From positions 800,001 to 864,000 of the forward strand of contig OZ242221.1 of NCBI GenBank assembly GCA_965206845.1: DNA of 64,000 nt. Reading direction: 5' to 3'. This DNA comes from Cenarchaeum sp. Lineage in GTDB: Archaea; Thermoproteota; Nitrososphaeria; Nitrososphaerales; Nitrosopumilaceae. The translations under genes were made by a program, and so were the position numbers. The notes under the pieces are model-generated. The model did no database searches. It was not told the origin of the DNA and saw nothing but the letters and a program-made list of their open reading frames with translations. Below are positions 1 through 9,484 of the stretch, in pieces (positions within the stretch are counted from its first letter, which is position 1; each line of letters starts with the position of its first letter).

Positions 1-470
1 GGCAGCGGGGCCACCCACCCCTTCCAGTCCCGGTTCTTCTTCTGTACCTCAAGCAGTTCGGCATGCTCGTCGTTGATTCCTGGAATAAGTATTGGGACGT
101 CCTCCTCGTACCGGTAGGCGGAGCTGGTTGAGATTACCGGAACAAGCGCTGCGATCTTGGTCTCGATGCCCCTGGCCGCTTTTGACTCGACTGCGCTGAA
201 GACCAGATCCAGCTGTGACAGATCCAGGTCATCTACGGATCCTACGGTCATATCCTTGATGTATGAGGGAATCGGACCGTTCACCTCCCAGGCTATGATT
301 CCGCTGTTGGAATCCCTGATGGCGTCCATGTATTTTTTTCCTGCAGAGCGCTCCGATGCAGCTATCTGCGTGACCTCGAACCATACATGGTTCTCCAGTG
401 ATTGGACAAACTCCTGGCCCACGGATCCCGTTACGCCTACGATGGCCACCCTCTTTCTGCTCATTGGCAT
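1..470 (-). CDS. asd: Aspartate-semialdehyde dehydrogenase, N-terminal part (runs off the window edge)
   Basis: Manual minus-strand translation, not in the ORF track: MPMSRKRVAIVGVTGSVGQEFVQSLENH..AASERSAGKKY..STSSAYRYEEDVPILIPGIN. Rossmann GxTGxVG and SSAYR motifs. Confidence 0.93.
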   Translation of the reverse strand, partial: MPMSRKRVAIVGVTGSVGQEFVQSLENHVWFEVTQIAASERSAGKKYMDAIRDSNSGIIAWEVNGPIPSYIKDMTVGSVDDLDLSQLDLVFSAVESKAARGIETKIAALVPVISTSSAYRYEEDVPILIPGINDEHAELLEVQKKNRDWKGWVAPL

Positions 471-681
471 AAGTGCCCTGACTCGATTAATAATCCTTTT
501 TGGACGGGATCTGAATCAGGGGCGCCGCATGTACGGAACCTGGTTCGGCGCGGATCCTGCACAGAGCCTGGAGCGCAGCAGCGGATACGGGACGTCTACC
601 GCAACCGGGCCGGTGCAGGAATGCGATCTCGCACGGCCGCAATCTAACAACACTTAAGATGGCTGCGGGCATAAACGCGTT

Positions 682-1224
682 ATGAATCCCAAATTTTTTG
701 TGGTGGCGGTCGCAATAGCCCTTGTTGCGACCCTAGGAGTGATTGCCACCTCCGGGCAGGCCCTTACCGGCGGTCTTGCCGGCACCGGGCTCATCCCCCA
801 AGACAGCGCCCCGCAGGAGATCCTTCCCATAGAGATCCATCTCAAGGAGATACTGGTTCAGGATGTGGACCGGAGGTCTGCCGACATAAAGATCGAGTTC
901 ACAGTGGTCAACCCCAACACAAAATCCGTGCTGCTCCCCTTCGTGTCGTACCACCTGTACGAGGGCGATGCTCGGATTCATGCGGGAGAGATCGGCGAGC
1001 GTCTCGAGTCGCTGGTGGTGGGATCCAACTATGTGACCCTGCTCAGCAACCAGTCTGTCGTAATCCGCGACAGCTTTTCGATAAGGAACACCGGAAACAC
1101 GCCAGAGTTCTGGAGCTCCCTTTACACGGACACCGCACAGTGGCGGGTTACCGGCGAGGCTACATACGCCCTGAGCTCGGTAACTGCCGGAGGCCAGAAC
1201 GAGTTATCCTTCGAATTTCCCTGA
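682..1224 (+). CDS. Secreted/membrane-anchored hypothetical protein, LEA type 2 (WHy)-like
   Basis: N-terminal hydrophobic segment, and FTVVNPN..V.L..VSY.LY resembles the LEA_2 NPN motif. Confidence 0.7.
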   Translation: MNPKFFVVAVAIALVATLGVIATSGQALTGGLAGTGLIPQDSAPQEILPIEIHLKEILVQDVDRRSADIKIEFTVVNPNTKSVLLPFVSYHLYEGDARIHAGEIGERLESLVVGSNYVTLLSNQSVVIRDSFSIRNTGNTPEFWSSLYTDTAQWRVTGEATYALSSVTAGGQNELSFEFP

Positions 1225-1326
1225 ACGGTTCCTATGTATCCTAATTTTCACAAATTGTGATTGTTTGTTCACATATAGAAAAATCTGGAAAAGTATTATA
1301 TGATCCGCTCATGACTTCTCTCTTAA

Positions 1327-1437
1327 ATGGCAGAAGCATCAATGGCCGCATTTGGCTCAGCAGTAGGAGTATCAATAGCATTTGCAGTAGTCTGCTTTGC
1401 ACTCCGAGGACGGGGACATCCCGAGTCCTTAGATTAG
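1327..1437 (+). CDS. Putative 36-aa single-TM membrane peptide
   Basis: ATG..TAG gives MAEASMAAFGSAVGVSIAFAVVCFALRGRGHPESLD. AT-rich promoter-like tract upstream and T-rich tract downstream. Confidence 0.6.
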   Translation: MAEASMAAFGSAVGVSIAFAVVCFALRGRGHPESLD

Positions 1438-1467
1438 GAAGAGGATATCCCTTTACAATTTTTCTTT

Positions 1468-1600
1468 ACTCGCCCAAGGGGAACGACTGCGCTAGGTCAT
1501 CTCCTTGGTTTGGGTGCGCACTTCGGGGGAGCCAGGTTACCCGGATTGGTACAGCAGACGAGTCTCGTGCAATCGATCCACCGACCTTAACAGCGTCAAC
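1468..1600 (+). ncRNA. Candidate structured RNA (two hairpins, family unassigned)
   Basis: CCAAGGGGA(1474-1482)/TCTCCTTGG(1500-1508) and AGGTT..GGATTGGT(1534-1550)/ATCGATCC..GACCT(1572-1587). G-U pairs favour the + strand. Confidence 0.35.
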
Positions 1601-1623
1601 AGGATGCGCGGCCTTCAGATGTC

Positions 1624-2292
1624 TTATGGTTTTTCCTTGTCCATGCCCATCAGGCTCATCAGGGAGATCGACTTGCCGACCTTTTCCCTGATGTAGCATT
1701 TGCTGTAGTAAGGGCAGGATGCACAGTCCTCAGACGGCTCCAAGATGGGCGTCTTCTTGTCCTCCAGCAGGTTGTGCAGAACCCTGACCCGCCGCACAGT
1801 CTCCTCGAACATCTTCCTGTTTCTGGTGAGTGAGAACGAGGCCTCCTGCCTGTCGCCGGTGATGTAGATAATGATGCCGTCAAGCTTGCCGTATATCCAC
1901 ATGCATGCGTTGAGGTACAGCAGATCCCCCGCATTGGGGTTCTTCGGGGGCGCCGTAGCCGATCTGAAGAGAATTATCGCATCATCCACCATCATGTCTG
2001 CCTGGCCCCTCAGCTTGATGTCGTCTATCGCAAAGTCCTTTGCCTCAACACCGTAGTGAAGCTTGCGAAGCATCCCTGCCAGCAGTTCGTTGAAACCCCC
2101 GCGCCCGGTATGCTGCGGCTCTACCCTGTCATAGTACGAACGCCGCATGCACTGAACTGCCTCGGCCAGGTGCACCGTCTTGATGTCCCCTGCGTCTATC
2201 TGTATGTCCAGCTCCTTGCCTATCGAGTCCACCGCGTTCTGGATCAGATCCCGGTAGTTTCTATCGCCCATCATTGCAGCAACACTACCCAA
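1624..2292 (-). CDS. Solo Cas4-like (PD-(D/E)XK fold) Fe-S protein, apparently catalytically degenerate
   Basis: CxRxxY near the N-terminus and C-x2-C-x5-C (CASCPYYSKC) at the C-terminus. LRGQAD is present but ExK and QxxxY are absent. Confidence 0.75.
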   Translation of the reverse strand: MGSVAAMMGDRNYRDLIQNAVDSIGKELDIQIDAGDIKTVHLAEAVQCMRRSYYDRVEPQHTGRGGFNELLAGMLRKLHYGVEAKDFAIDDIKLRGQADMMVDDAIILFRSATAPPKNPNAGDLLYLNACMWIYGKLDGIIIYITGDRQEASFSLTRNRKMFEETVRRVRVLHNLLEDKKTPILEPSEDCASCPYYSKCYIREKVGKSISLMSLMGMDKEKP

Positions 2293-2501
2293 TCACCCTT
2301 AACCAGAAACCCGGAGATTCCGGCAGAGAATGTCAGAGTGGCAAAATGGGCGCCCAATCCCAAGACTGCCCAGATCAGCAGCTGCCCGGTGCCAAGGTAT
2401 ACCACAAGAAGGAGCCATAGGGGCGGAACCGCAAGCATGAGAGCAAGAAATGCGTTTATCCATATCGCGCCGACTGCCGCTCCGGCGTATCTTGATCACA
2501 C

Positions 2502-3542
2502 CTACTCGCTCCCGGTAACGATCTTTGACATGACCGTCTCTGCCGGTATCTTCTGTTCTACGGCATACGCAATGGCCGCAAGATTCTGCACCTCGAAGGC
2601 GGTCAGCTTTGTAATCCCAACCGTAGTGGCAAAGCTGAACATCTTTGTAAATACATTGTTGCAGGCATTGAAGATCGCCCTCTCGAAGGATCTCTCAAAC
2701 TCTGCAATTGCGTCCAGCTCGTCCTCTGACTGGGGAATCAGATCCTTGTACCTGGTGCCTGACAGCTCTGCAAACGCGTCCTTGATGGACGCGGCACCGA
2801 TCATTCTTGACAGCAGCTCTCGGGGGGCGCCAGACGTCTGGGCCACGATCAGATCCTGGATCTGCGGCTCATCAAGATTCCAGAACCTCCCCCTGATAAC
2901 ACTGAGCAGGTTGTAGGAGTCAATGTCCATGCCCACCAGGCGGGCAACGTCACGATCCCTCTCCTTGAGCCTGGCGCGGCCAAGCTGCGCGTAGAGAATC
3001 TTGTCAAAGTACGTGTCAAATACCTGGATGTTCTTCTTGTCGCTGTAGAGTGCGACGGCCTTGGCAACGTCATCGCCAAACCGGGTGGAACCAAGGCTTG
3101 CGGCAGCCTCCTCCAGGTCCTTTGATACCATGGCCTTGACGACGACATCCCGCTGCTTTACCAGCTCCTCTGCGTGCAGGTTCAGGTGTATCTCGGTCTC
3201 CTCCTGGGTCCTCTCCAGCGCCTTGCTCTTGAGAATGATCTTCAAGTTCCAGAGCAGGAACTTGAGATAGTATGCGTCAAGTATGACCGAGTCTCCTGCG
3301 GTCTTTGCTATGGAATAGTGAATGTCAGCCAGGTGGCTTCTCAGGGCAGACTCGATCTTCTCAGACGTGTACGGCTTTTCCACATCCGATACGGCATCGG
3401 CGTATGTGGTGTTCTTTATCCTTGTGACAAGCTCCCCGAGATCCCGCGACTCTGCCAGCGTCTGCAGCCCTGCCCGGGACAGCAACCTCCCCCTCTTGCT
3501 GTATGACTTTACCGACGCATAGACCGTCTGCGAGCTGCCCAT
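2502..3542 (-). CDS. atpC: A/V-type ATP synthase subunit C
   Basis: YASVKS..RGRLL, TTYA, WNLKIILKSK, DIDSYNL and FEVQNL pattern. Likely start MGSSQTVY. Confidence 0.88.
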   Translation of the reverse strand: MGSSQTVYASVKSYSKRGRLLSRAGLQTLAESRDLGELVTRIKNTTYADAVSDVEKPYTSEKIESALRSHLADIHYSIAKTAGDSVILDAYYLKFLLWNLKIILKSKALERTQEETEIHLNLHAEELVKQRDVVVKAMVSKDLEEAAASLGSTRFGDDVAKAVALYSDKKNIQVFDTYFDKILYAQLGRARLKERDRDVARLVGMDIDSYNLLSVIRGRFWNLDEPQIQDLIVAQTSGAPRELLSRMIGAASIKDAFAELSGTRYKDLIPQSEDELDAIAEFERSFERAIFNACNNVFTKMFSFATTVGITKLTAFEVQNLAAIAYAVEQKIPAETVMSKIVTGSE

Positions 3543-3716
3543 CGTGATGAATCTCATTGAAGCCGATTTTAAAGTTTGCCAGGCGCGGTCCATGTGAGGC
3601 CGCCTGCCCCAGGCGCAGAACTCTGGCTGGGCGCACATCCATGTGCCCGGACAAACCCGGTGCCTGCTGCCCAGCTCCACCCCCCGGCATGCACTCCGGC
3701 TCCAAGGCAGGCGGCA

Positions 3717-4439
3717 CTATGACATGTGTTCCGGATCTTCCTGCGTAGCCTCTGGCGGGAGCTGTGGCGCCTGCGGAGCCATCTTGTGCAAGAATGCCAG
3801 CACCAGATCCCTCTCGGCCTCCGGCTCGTTCATAAACCCCAGGATAAACTCTTCCTGAATCCCGACATCGGTGCCTGTGGTAGCCTTCAGGCCATCCACG
3901 GACAGCGGAAACAGGCTCTTCAGTGTACCTTCGCAGTAGGCCTTGATGTATCTTTCAAGCAGCGAGTAGGTAAAGCGGGGGGCGAACTCCTCCATTCTTA
4001 AAAAGACCCTCATGAATGACCCATCCACCGCACCGTCATCAGACAGCACCTCCCTGAGCATGTCCCTCCGGCCGCTCAAGCCGGGTAGCGCAAGGGAGAT
4101 CAGCTTCCCCTTCCGGGTGAGCCGGTAGTATGGAATGCCCCTCTCCTGCAGCGCCCGCGGGCCCCGCGTTAGCGGTAGCCTGCCGCTCTCCTCTACCACC
4201 CTCCTAGGGATCAGTATCTCGTCCAGATCTCGAAAGACCCCCGAGTAGATGTTCTTCCACATGGTGCCATTCCTCGCTATCTGCCTGGAGATCGCAGTAC
4301 GCGTCCTGTCTGCAGGGTTGCCCCGGGTGGCCAGAATGCGCAGGATGTCGCGCTGCCGCACGGCCTCGCCGGTCAGTTCTGCGGTCTTTGTCTTGAAGGT
4401 GTTGAATATGGCAAGATGAAGATCGTGTTTTGCCCCCAT
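3717..4439 (-). CDS. Conserved-looking hypothetical protein, possible winged-helix DNA-binding protein
   Basis: ~240-aa ORF with ILRILA..TRTAISRQIA..helix..wing PYYRLTRKG. Lies head-to-head with amt. Confidence 0.6.
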   Translation of the reverse strand: MGAKHDLHLAIFNTFKTKTAELTGEAVRQRDILRILATRGNPADRTRTAISRQIARNGTMWKNIYSGVFRDLDEILIPRRVVEESGRLPLTRGPRALQERGIPYYRLTRKGKLISLALPGLSGRRDMLREVLSDDGAVDGSFMRVFLRMEEFAPRFTYSLLERYIKAYCEGTLKSLFPLSVDGLKATTGTDVGIQEEFILGFMNEPEAERDLVLAFLHKMAPQAPQLPPEATQEDPEHMS

Positions 4440-4475
4440 ACAGGGAACCACATCATGACATAATAAATATATTTT

Positions 4476-4488
4476 GGGATACTATCCC
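4476..4488. promoter_or_regulatory. Inverted repeat GGGATA-C-TATCCC in the AT-rich divergent promoter region (candidate operator)
   Basis: Perfect 6-bp arms flanked by TTT/AAA within the 4440-4571 spacer. Confidence 0.35.
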
Positions 4489-4571
4489 CAAAGAAGTAGA
4501 TTTAAAGATTTAGTTTTTATCCATATTTAAAATCTTAATGCTTAAATAATTTTTAACCCCGCTGGTTATCA

Positions 4572-6134
4572 ATGAATTCTAGAAACCACAAGTATGCTCT
4601 ATTACTTGTGGCAGCGGTAGCCGTAACATCAACGGGCGTAATGTCACAAGCATTTGCCCAATCAGTCGACGACGGAATGGGCGGATACGTACAAGGAACA
4701 AGTGGAATATACACAGCAAATCCCAACGAGTGTTGGTATGACGACGGCGATGGTGGCATGCTGCCTTGCCGTATAGATACCGGAGACACTGCATGGATGC
4801 TGACAGCATCATCACTGGTACTCTTCATGACCCCCGGTGTAGCATTCTTCTACGGTGGACTGTCACGTTCAAAGAACGCAGTCAACGTAATCGGAATGAC
4901 CTTCATCGTAATGGGTCTGATGGCGTTCCAGTGGGTGGCCTTTGGGTACTCACTGGCCTTTGGTCCAATAGACAACGATGCAAACATGTTCATGGGAAGC
5001 CTTCAATATGCCGGACTAAACCAGGTGTCACACTTTGCCCCACTAGGCGAACCAGGTCCATGTACTGATACATGGTCAGCAGCCTATCAGATGCAGGTGT
5101 TTCACGACGATGAGACATGTAGCGTCTCTTGGCCCGGAACAATCCCACACCAGCTATTCATGGCGTTCCAAGGAACCTTCGCAATTATCACCCCAGCACT
5201 AATTGTTGGCGGTCTAATTGACAGGATCAAGTTCAGCGCTCTGATAATCTTCGTCCTCATATGGGGGACACTGGTCTATGACCCCATTGCCCACTGGGTA
5301 TGGGGAGGTGGATACATCGGAGGCGGTGCACTAGATCTGAACCCAGACTTGTCACCCAGCTTTGCACTCGACTTCGCCGGCGGTACTGTCGTACACATAT
5401 CCTCAGGATTCTCTGCATTGGCGGGAGCCTTGATACTTGGCCGAAGACTCGGCTATGGCAAGGTTCCCATGGAGCCACACAACGTTCCAATGGTTGTACT
5501 TGGTGCATCCATTCTATGGTTCGGTTGGTTCGGCTTTAATGCGGGAAGCCAGGTTATGGTCGACGGAGTCACCGTAAGCGCTTGGGTAGTGACTAACCTC
5601 GCTACTGGAGTATCTGCTGTTACATGGCTGCTGATGTCTTGGGCGCATACAGGCAAACCAAGCATTGTAGGTGCTGCAACCGGAGCGGTTGCGGGTCTTG
5701 TTGCAATCACGCCAGCATCTGGCTGGGTTGGACCAATGGCCGCAATCATCATAGGAACTGCAGCCGGCACAATATGCTATGCCAGCGTTGCCTTCAAGAA
5801 TGCACGCAAATGGGACGATGCTCTGGATGTATGGGGAGTACACGGAATGGGCGGCCTTACGGGCGCTATTCTTACAGGTACCCTTGCCAGTCCGCACATA
5901 TGGGATACCGGTGACGGTATTGGTGCGTGGACCGGAACACCAGAGGGCATGGAACAACAAGGAATCAGCATCCTAGGCGCCATCATCTCCGTAGCATACG
6001 CGTTCTCCGTTACCCTAGTGATACTAAAGGTAATGGATCTCGTATGGCCAGGTGGAATCAGAGTCACTCCTAAAGAAGAGGAGATCGGCCTTGATCTTGC
6101 CCAACACGGAGAAAGAGCATACGTAAACGAGTAA
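4572..6134 (+). CDS. amtB: Ammonium transporter (Amt family)
   Basis: DTAWML..LVLFMTPG.AFFYGG, FQGTFA, DFAGGTVVH, WFGWFGFNAGS, DDALDVWGVHG, EEEIGLD..QHGE.AY. Confidence 0.98.
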   Translation: MNSRNHKYALLLVAAVAVTSTGVMSQAFAQSVDDGMGGYVQGTSGIYTANPNECWYDDGDGGMLPCRIDTGDTAWMLTASSLVLFMTPGVAFFYGGLSRSKNAVNVIGMTFIVMGLMAFQWVAFGYSLAFGPIDNDANMFMGSLQYAGLNQVSHFAPLGEPGPCTDTWSAAYQMQVFHDDETCSVSWPGTIPHQLFMAFQGTFAIITPALIVGGLIDRIKFSALIIFVLIWGTLVYDPIAHWVWGGGYIGGGALDLNPDLSPSFALDFAGGTVVHISSGFSALAGALILGRRLGYGKVPMEPHNVPMVVLGASILWFGWFGFNAGSQVMVDGVTVSAWVVTNLATGVSAVTWLLMSWAHTGKPSIVGAATGAVAGLVAITPASGWVGPMAAIIIGTAAGTICYASVAFKNARKWDDALDVWGVHGMGGLTGAILTGTLASPHIWDTGDGIGAWTGTPEGMEQQGISILGAIISVAYAFSVTLVILKVMDLVWPGGIRVTPKEEEIGLDLAQHGERAYVNE

Positions 6135-6139
6135 AAAAC

Positions 6140-6162
6140 TTCTTCTTTTCTCTTTTTATCTT
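6140..6162 (+). terminator. Oligo-T archaeal terminator downstream of amt
   Basis: TTCTTCTTTTCTCTTTTTATCTT right after the stop codon. Confidence 0.5.
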
Positions 6163-6275
6163 AGAGCGACTGCCAGAGCGGGCTATGCCCGAGCTGCCGG
6201 CATCCGCGTGGTGCGCCACGGTCTGTGATCCCGGCAAACCCAAATGCATTTAGTTCGCGTGTCAGCAGTCAGCAT

Positions 6276-7049
6276 GTGATAGTGTCCACCGATGATCTGT
6301 CCGGGATCCTGCAGGACGAGGATCTGCTGCTGATAGATGCCAGGTCCTTTGCCGAGTATGCCCAGGATCACATCCCCGGCGCCGTCAGCCTCTCCCTCTT
6401 CACGTTTCACTGGATAGACAGCTCCCGCCAGGGGATCGCGTCGTTTGCCCGCCAGACAGCCAGGCTTCTCTCCATGGCCGGGGTGGACGGGGGCAAAAAG
6501 GTGGTATTCTACGACGACGCCTCAGGAATGCTTGCGGCCCGGGGCGTCTGGCTTCTGACGTACCTGCCACATCCAGACGCGCACATGCTTGACGGCGGGC
6601 TGCAGAAGTGGAGGATGGAGGGCCGGCCCACGGAGAAGAGGGCAAATGCCTTTCTACCCTCCCGGTTTGATGCAGTGCCTAACGGGTCAGTCATTGTAGG
6701 CTTTGAAGACATACGGGACAACCTCCACAACCTGACCATAATTGATGCCCGCAGTGCGGCCGAGTACGACGGAACGTCCATCCGGGCGGCCAGGGGAGGC
6801 CACATACCGGGCGCCATCAACATCAACTGGGAGGAGAACCTCACAGATGCGGGAACCTTCAAGAACGCAGGCTCCCTGTCCGGGATATACCGCATTCCGC
6901 GAGATGCCGAGGTGGTGACATACTGTCAGGGTGCATACCGGGCTGCAAACTCGTTTCTTGCCCTCAAGAGGATGGGATTCAAGCGGGCAAGGGTGTACCT
7001 GGGATCCTGGGCCGAGTGGGGAAACATGCCGGAACTACCGGCGGACTAG
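6276..7049 (+). CDS. Tandem-domain rhodanese/sulfurtransferase
   Basis: HIPGA in both domains, LDGG, active-site YCQGAYRA and VYLGSWAEW. Start GTG is approximate. Confidence 0.93.
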   Translation: MIVSTDDLSGILQDEDLLLIDARSFAEYAQDHIPGAVSLSLFTFHWIDSSRQGIASFARQTARLLSMAGVDGGKKVVFYDDASGMLAARGVWLLTYLPHPDAHMLDGGLQKWRMEGRPTEKRANAFLPSRFDAVPNGSVIVGFEDIRDNLHNLTIIDARSAAEYDGTSIRAARGGHIPGAININWEENLTDAGTFKNAGSLSGIYRIPRDAEVVTYCQGAYRAANSFLALKRMGFKRARVYLGSWAEWGNMPELPAD

Positions 7050-9148
7050 GTCCGGGGCTTCCAGCGCAGCTGGTTGTATACCAGCTCGGGCCTTATCTGC
7101 CTGAACGGCAAGCCGCCGCCGTCGTACCACTTTGTAAAGAACTCAAAGAGGTGAAGCCGGAGGGACTGGATGTAGACTATCAGCCCCTCGATCATCATGA
7201 TACCTATGTTTCCACCTATGATCATTACCCAGGCACCTATGGATGCGGCACCGCCAAGCGATACGTACACGTTGTTTACCGTGAGCAGCAGGGCCGCGTG
7301 CACCAGCAGCATGATCCCAATCCGGGCATAGCTTATGGTGTGCGCTAGGGACTCCACCGTCTTTCCAAGCAGGACCTCCATGACGACGGTTGCCACACTG
7401 CCCCCCTCCTCGGGATGCTTCTTTACGTGCATCATTCCGCCGACCATCATAACCGCTATGGACGCGAGCACGATTACCACCGCAATTCTTGTTACAATCC
7501 ACACCTGGGCCCACTCTCCCAGAAATATGGTGACCCACGGCACCGGCTCTGTGTGAACCCGTGAGTACATGTTTATCACGTCGTACTGTGATCCTATCGC
7601 GCACATCATAATGACCACGATTCCACCATACAGGGTAACGTTTGGAAGGGCCTCCAGGTACAACGCAATCTTGTGGCCTGCCTGGATCAGCTTCCTTATG
7701 CGGAGCGCCATGGCCCACAACAGGTGAACTATTCCCAAGAACAGGGATACCTTGAGTATGTCTATTACCTGCTCGAAGGTGAGCTCGGCCACGGTGAGGG
7801 ATCCCACTAGCCACGAGACGGAGTACAGCGGTCCGCCCTTCGCCAGCAGAGTCCCAAATGGCTCAAAGTGGTCTATGTGGAATCCAAACATCTCGCCGGT
7901 GCCGACGCCCGCTATGGTAGCGGCGCCGCCGGATATTGCAAGCAGCATGCCCCAGCGCGACAGGGTTCCCTGTCCCTTTACCTTGAGCAGCAGCCCCAGT
8001 CCCATCAGCAGCAGCCCATGACCCAGATCTGCAAACATTATGCCGTAGAAGATGGGCCACATCAGCGCAATCATCGGGGTGGGATCCGACTCTTTTTTGC
8101 AGGGGATTCCCTGGCTCTGGGTGATTACCTCAAACGTCCTGATGAACCTCTTATTCTGAAACAGTGTCGGAGACTGCTCCACCAGTTTGGGATCCGTAAC
8201 ATCCTCCACCACGGACATCCACCTCCCCATGATATCCTTGAACCGCTTCTCCATGTTTGCCGGTATGAACCCCTGAATTACTGCAAAGTGCCTGGTGCCT
8301 CCTGGTTTTCTCACAGACTCCAGAATGTCCTTTGCCATCCTGGCTGACTCGTGAATGACCATAATGTCTCGCCGGATCTTCTTCTTCACGGAGGAGATCT
8401 CCTTTTCCAGTGAGGATTGTTTGGATGCCAGCTCCTTGATCTTTGACTCTGCCAGCGCGTGTGCCTCGCTGGGAACCTGCGGGAAGCCTTCGGGTATGCC
8501 AAATGGGTTGGAGTTAAAGCTCCGCATTGTCTTGAGGATCCTGTCTGCATCAGCAGCATCAGAGATTACCAGCACCGCTGCCCGCTCCTTTCCCTCCAGC
8601 TCGTACTTTGTAATTGTGGCACCGTCTAGGGATCGCTCTATCTCTGCATAGTCTGTGGTGTTGATTACAAACAGGTTGGTGTAAAAGTATCTCATCAGTC
8701 CAAATCCCGCAACGCTCATCTTCAGTCTCTTGACAACATCCAAGGTGTCCTTCAGGGAGCGGTACTCGTCTAGGGATCTCCTTGTGTCGTCTAGGTCCGA
8801 CAGCAATGCAGAGGGCCGGTCTATTACTTGGGGCGCCCGGCTACCCATGTCCCTAACCAGCGAGGCGATCTCGTCTATCTCATAGTCCTTCTTTTTGATG
8901 GTGGTACCCTTGAAGAGAATCTCCAGTATCCCCACCAGGGGTGGCACCCCAAGTCCCTTTACAACGTCGTCTACCGACTGGAAGAGCTTCTGGGCATCCA
9001 GCATCAGATCATCAATCTCCGGTGTCAGCTGATCGCTGTCCGTATCCACCTTGTGGAACCACTCGAACTCGGCAAGGCGGGATACAGCCTGCGGCGATTC
9101 TCCCCTTGGAAGAATCACACTTGCCAGTTTCAGATCTGCTACTACCAA
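7046..9148 (-). CDS. atpI: A/V-type ATP synthase subunit I
   Basis: DPTP..WPIFYGIMFADLGHG, SYARIG, essential Arg region and QSLRLHLFEFFTKWY.GGG..F. Confidence 0.95.
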   Translation of the reverse strand: MVVADLKLASVILPRGESPQAVSRLAEFEWFHKVDTDSDQLTPEIDDLMLDAQKLFQSVDDVVKGLGVPPLVGILEILFKGTTIKKKDYEIDEIASLVRDMGSRAPQVIDRPSALLSDLDDTRRSLDEYRSLKDTLDVVKRLKMSVAGFGLMRYFYTNLFVINTTDYAEIERSLDGATITKYELEGKERAAVLVISDAADADRILKTMRSFNSNPFGIPEGFPQVPSEAHALAESKIKELASKQSSLEKEISSVKKKIRRDIMVIHESARMAKDILESVRKPGGTRHFAVIQGFIPANMEKRFKDIMGRWMSVVEDVTDPKLVEQSPTLFQNKRFIRTFEVITQSQGIPCKKESDPTPMIALMWPIFYGIMFADLGHGLLLMGLGLLLKVKGQGTLSRWGMLLAISGGAATIAGVGTGEMFGFHIDHFEPFGTLLAKGGPLYSVSWLVGSLTVAELTFEQVIDILKVSLFLGIVHLLWAMALRIRKLIQAGHKIALYLEALPNVTLYGGIVVIMMCAIGSQYDVINMYSRVHTEPVPWVTIFLGEWAQVWIVTRIAVVIVLASIAVMMVGGMMHVKKHPEEGGSVATVVMEVLLGKTVESLAHTISYARIGIMLLVHAALLLTVNNVYVSLGGAASIGAWVMIIGGNIGIMMIEGLIVYIQSLRLHLFEFFTKWYDGGGLPFRQIRPELVYNQLRWKPRT

Positions 9149-9484
9149 GACACCCCACGGGAATTTTTCTGGTTTTTAATATCTTTCTCACAGCCCGCTC
9201 CTGCGCGCTGCCGGGACTTGGCCGTGGTCCCCATGTTTTGCATGGCCGTTGATCCGCGCCGGTCTCGCAGGCATGGCCGCCCCAACCGGCAGTCCGGGCA
9301 GCCGTGACAAGTCTCTCCCTTACTGGCGGTCACCTAGAAGACAGGAATCCTTCCGGCATCATTTCCGGCATGTGACGCCACAGGCCCGCCGGAAGGCCGC
9401 GGGTTCCTTAGGCAGATGATCATCTGCCCAATGCGGCACGGATTTTCCAAACATTAAAATCCATTATTGATATTCCGAAACCCG

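Noticed and set aside
157-657. Plus-strand 166-aa ORF
   Set aside because: Antisense shadow of asd.
1468-1600. 5S rRNA, SRP RNA or tRNA
   Set aside because: Lacks the 5S CCGAAC loop, the SRP helix-8 motif and a tRNA T-loop on either strand.
1-2500. CRISPR array or casposon near the Cas4-like gene
   Set aside because: No repeat-spacer periodicity, cas1, polB or terminal inverted repeats visible, and the flanks are housekeeping genes.
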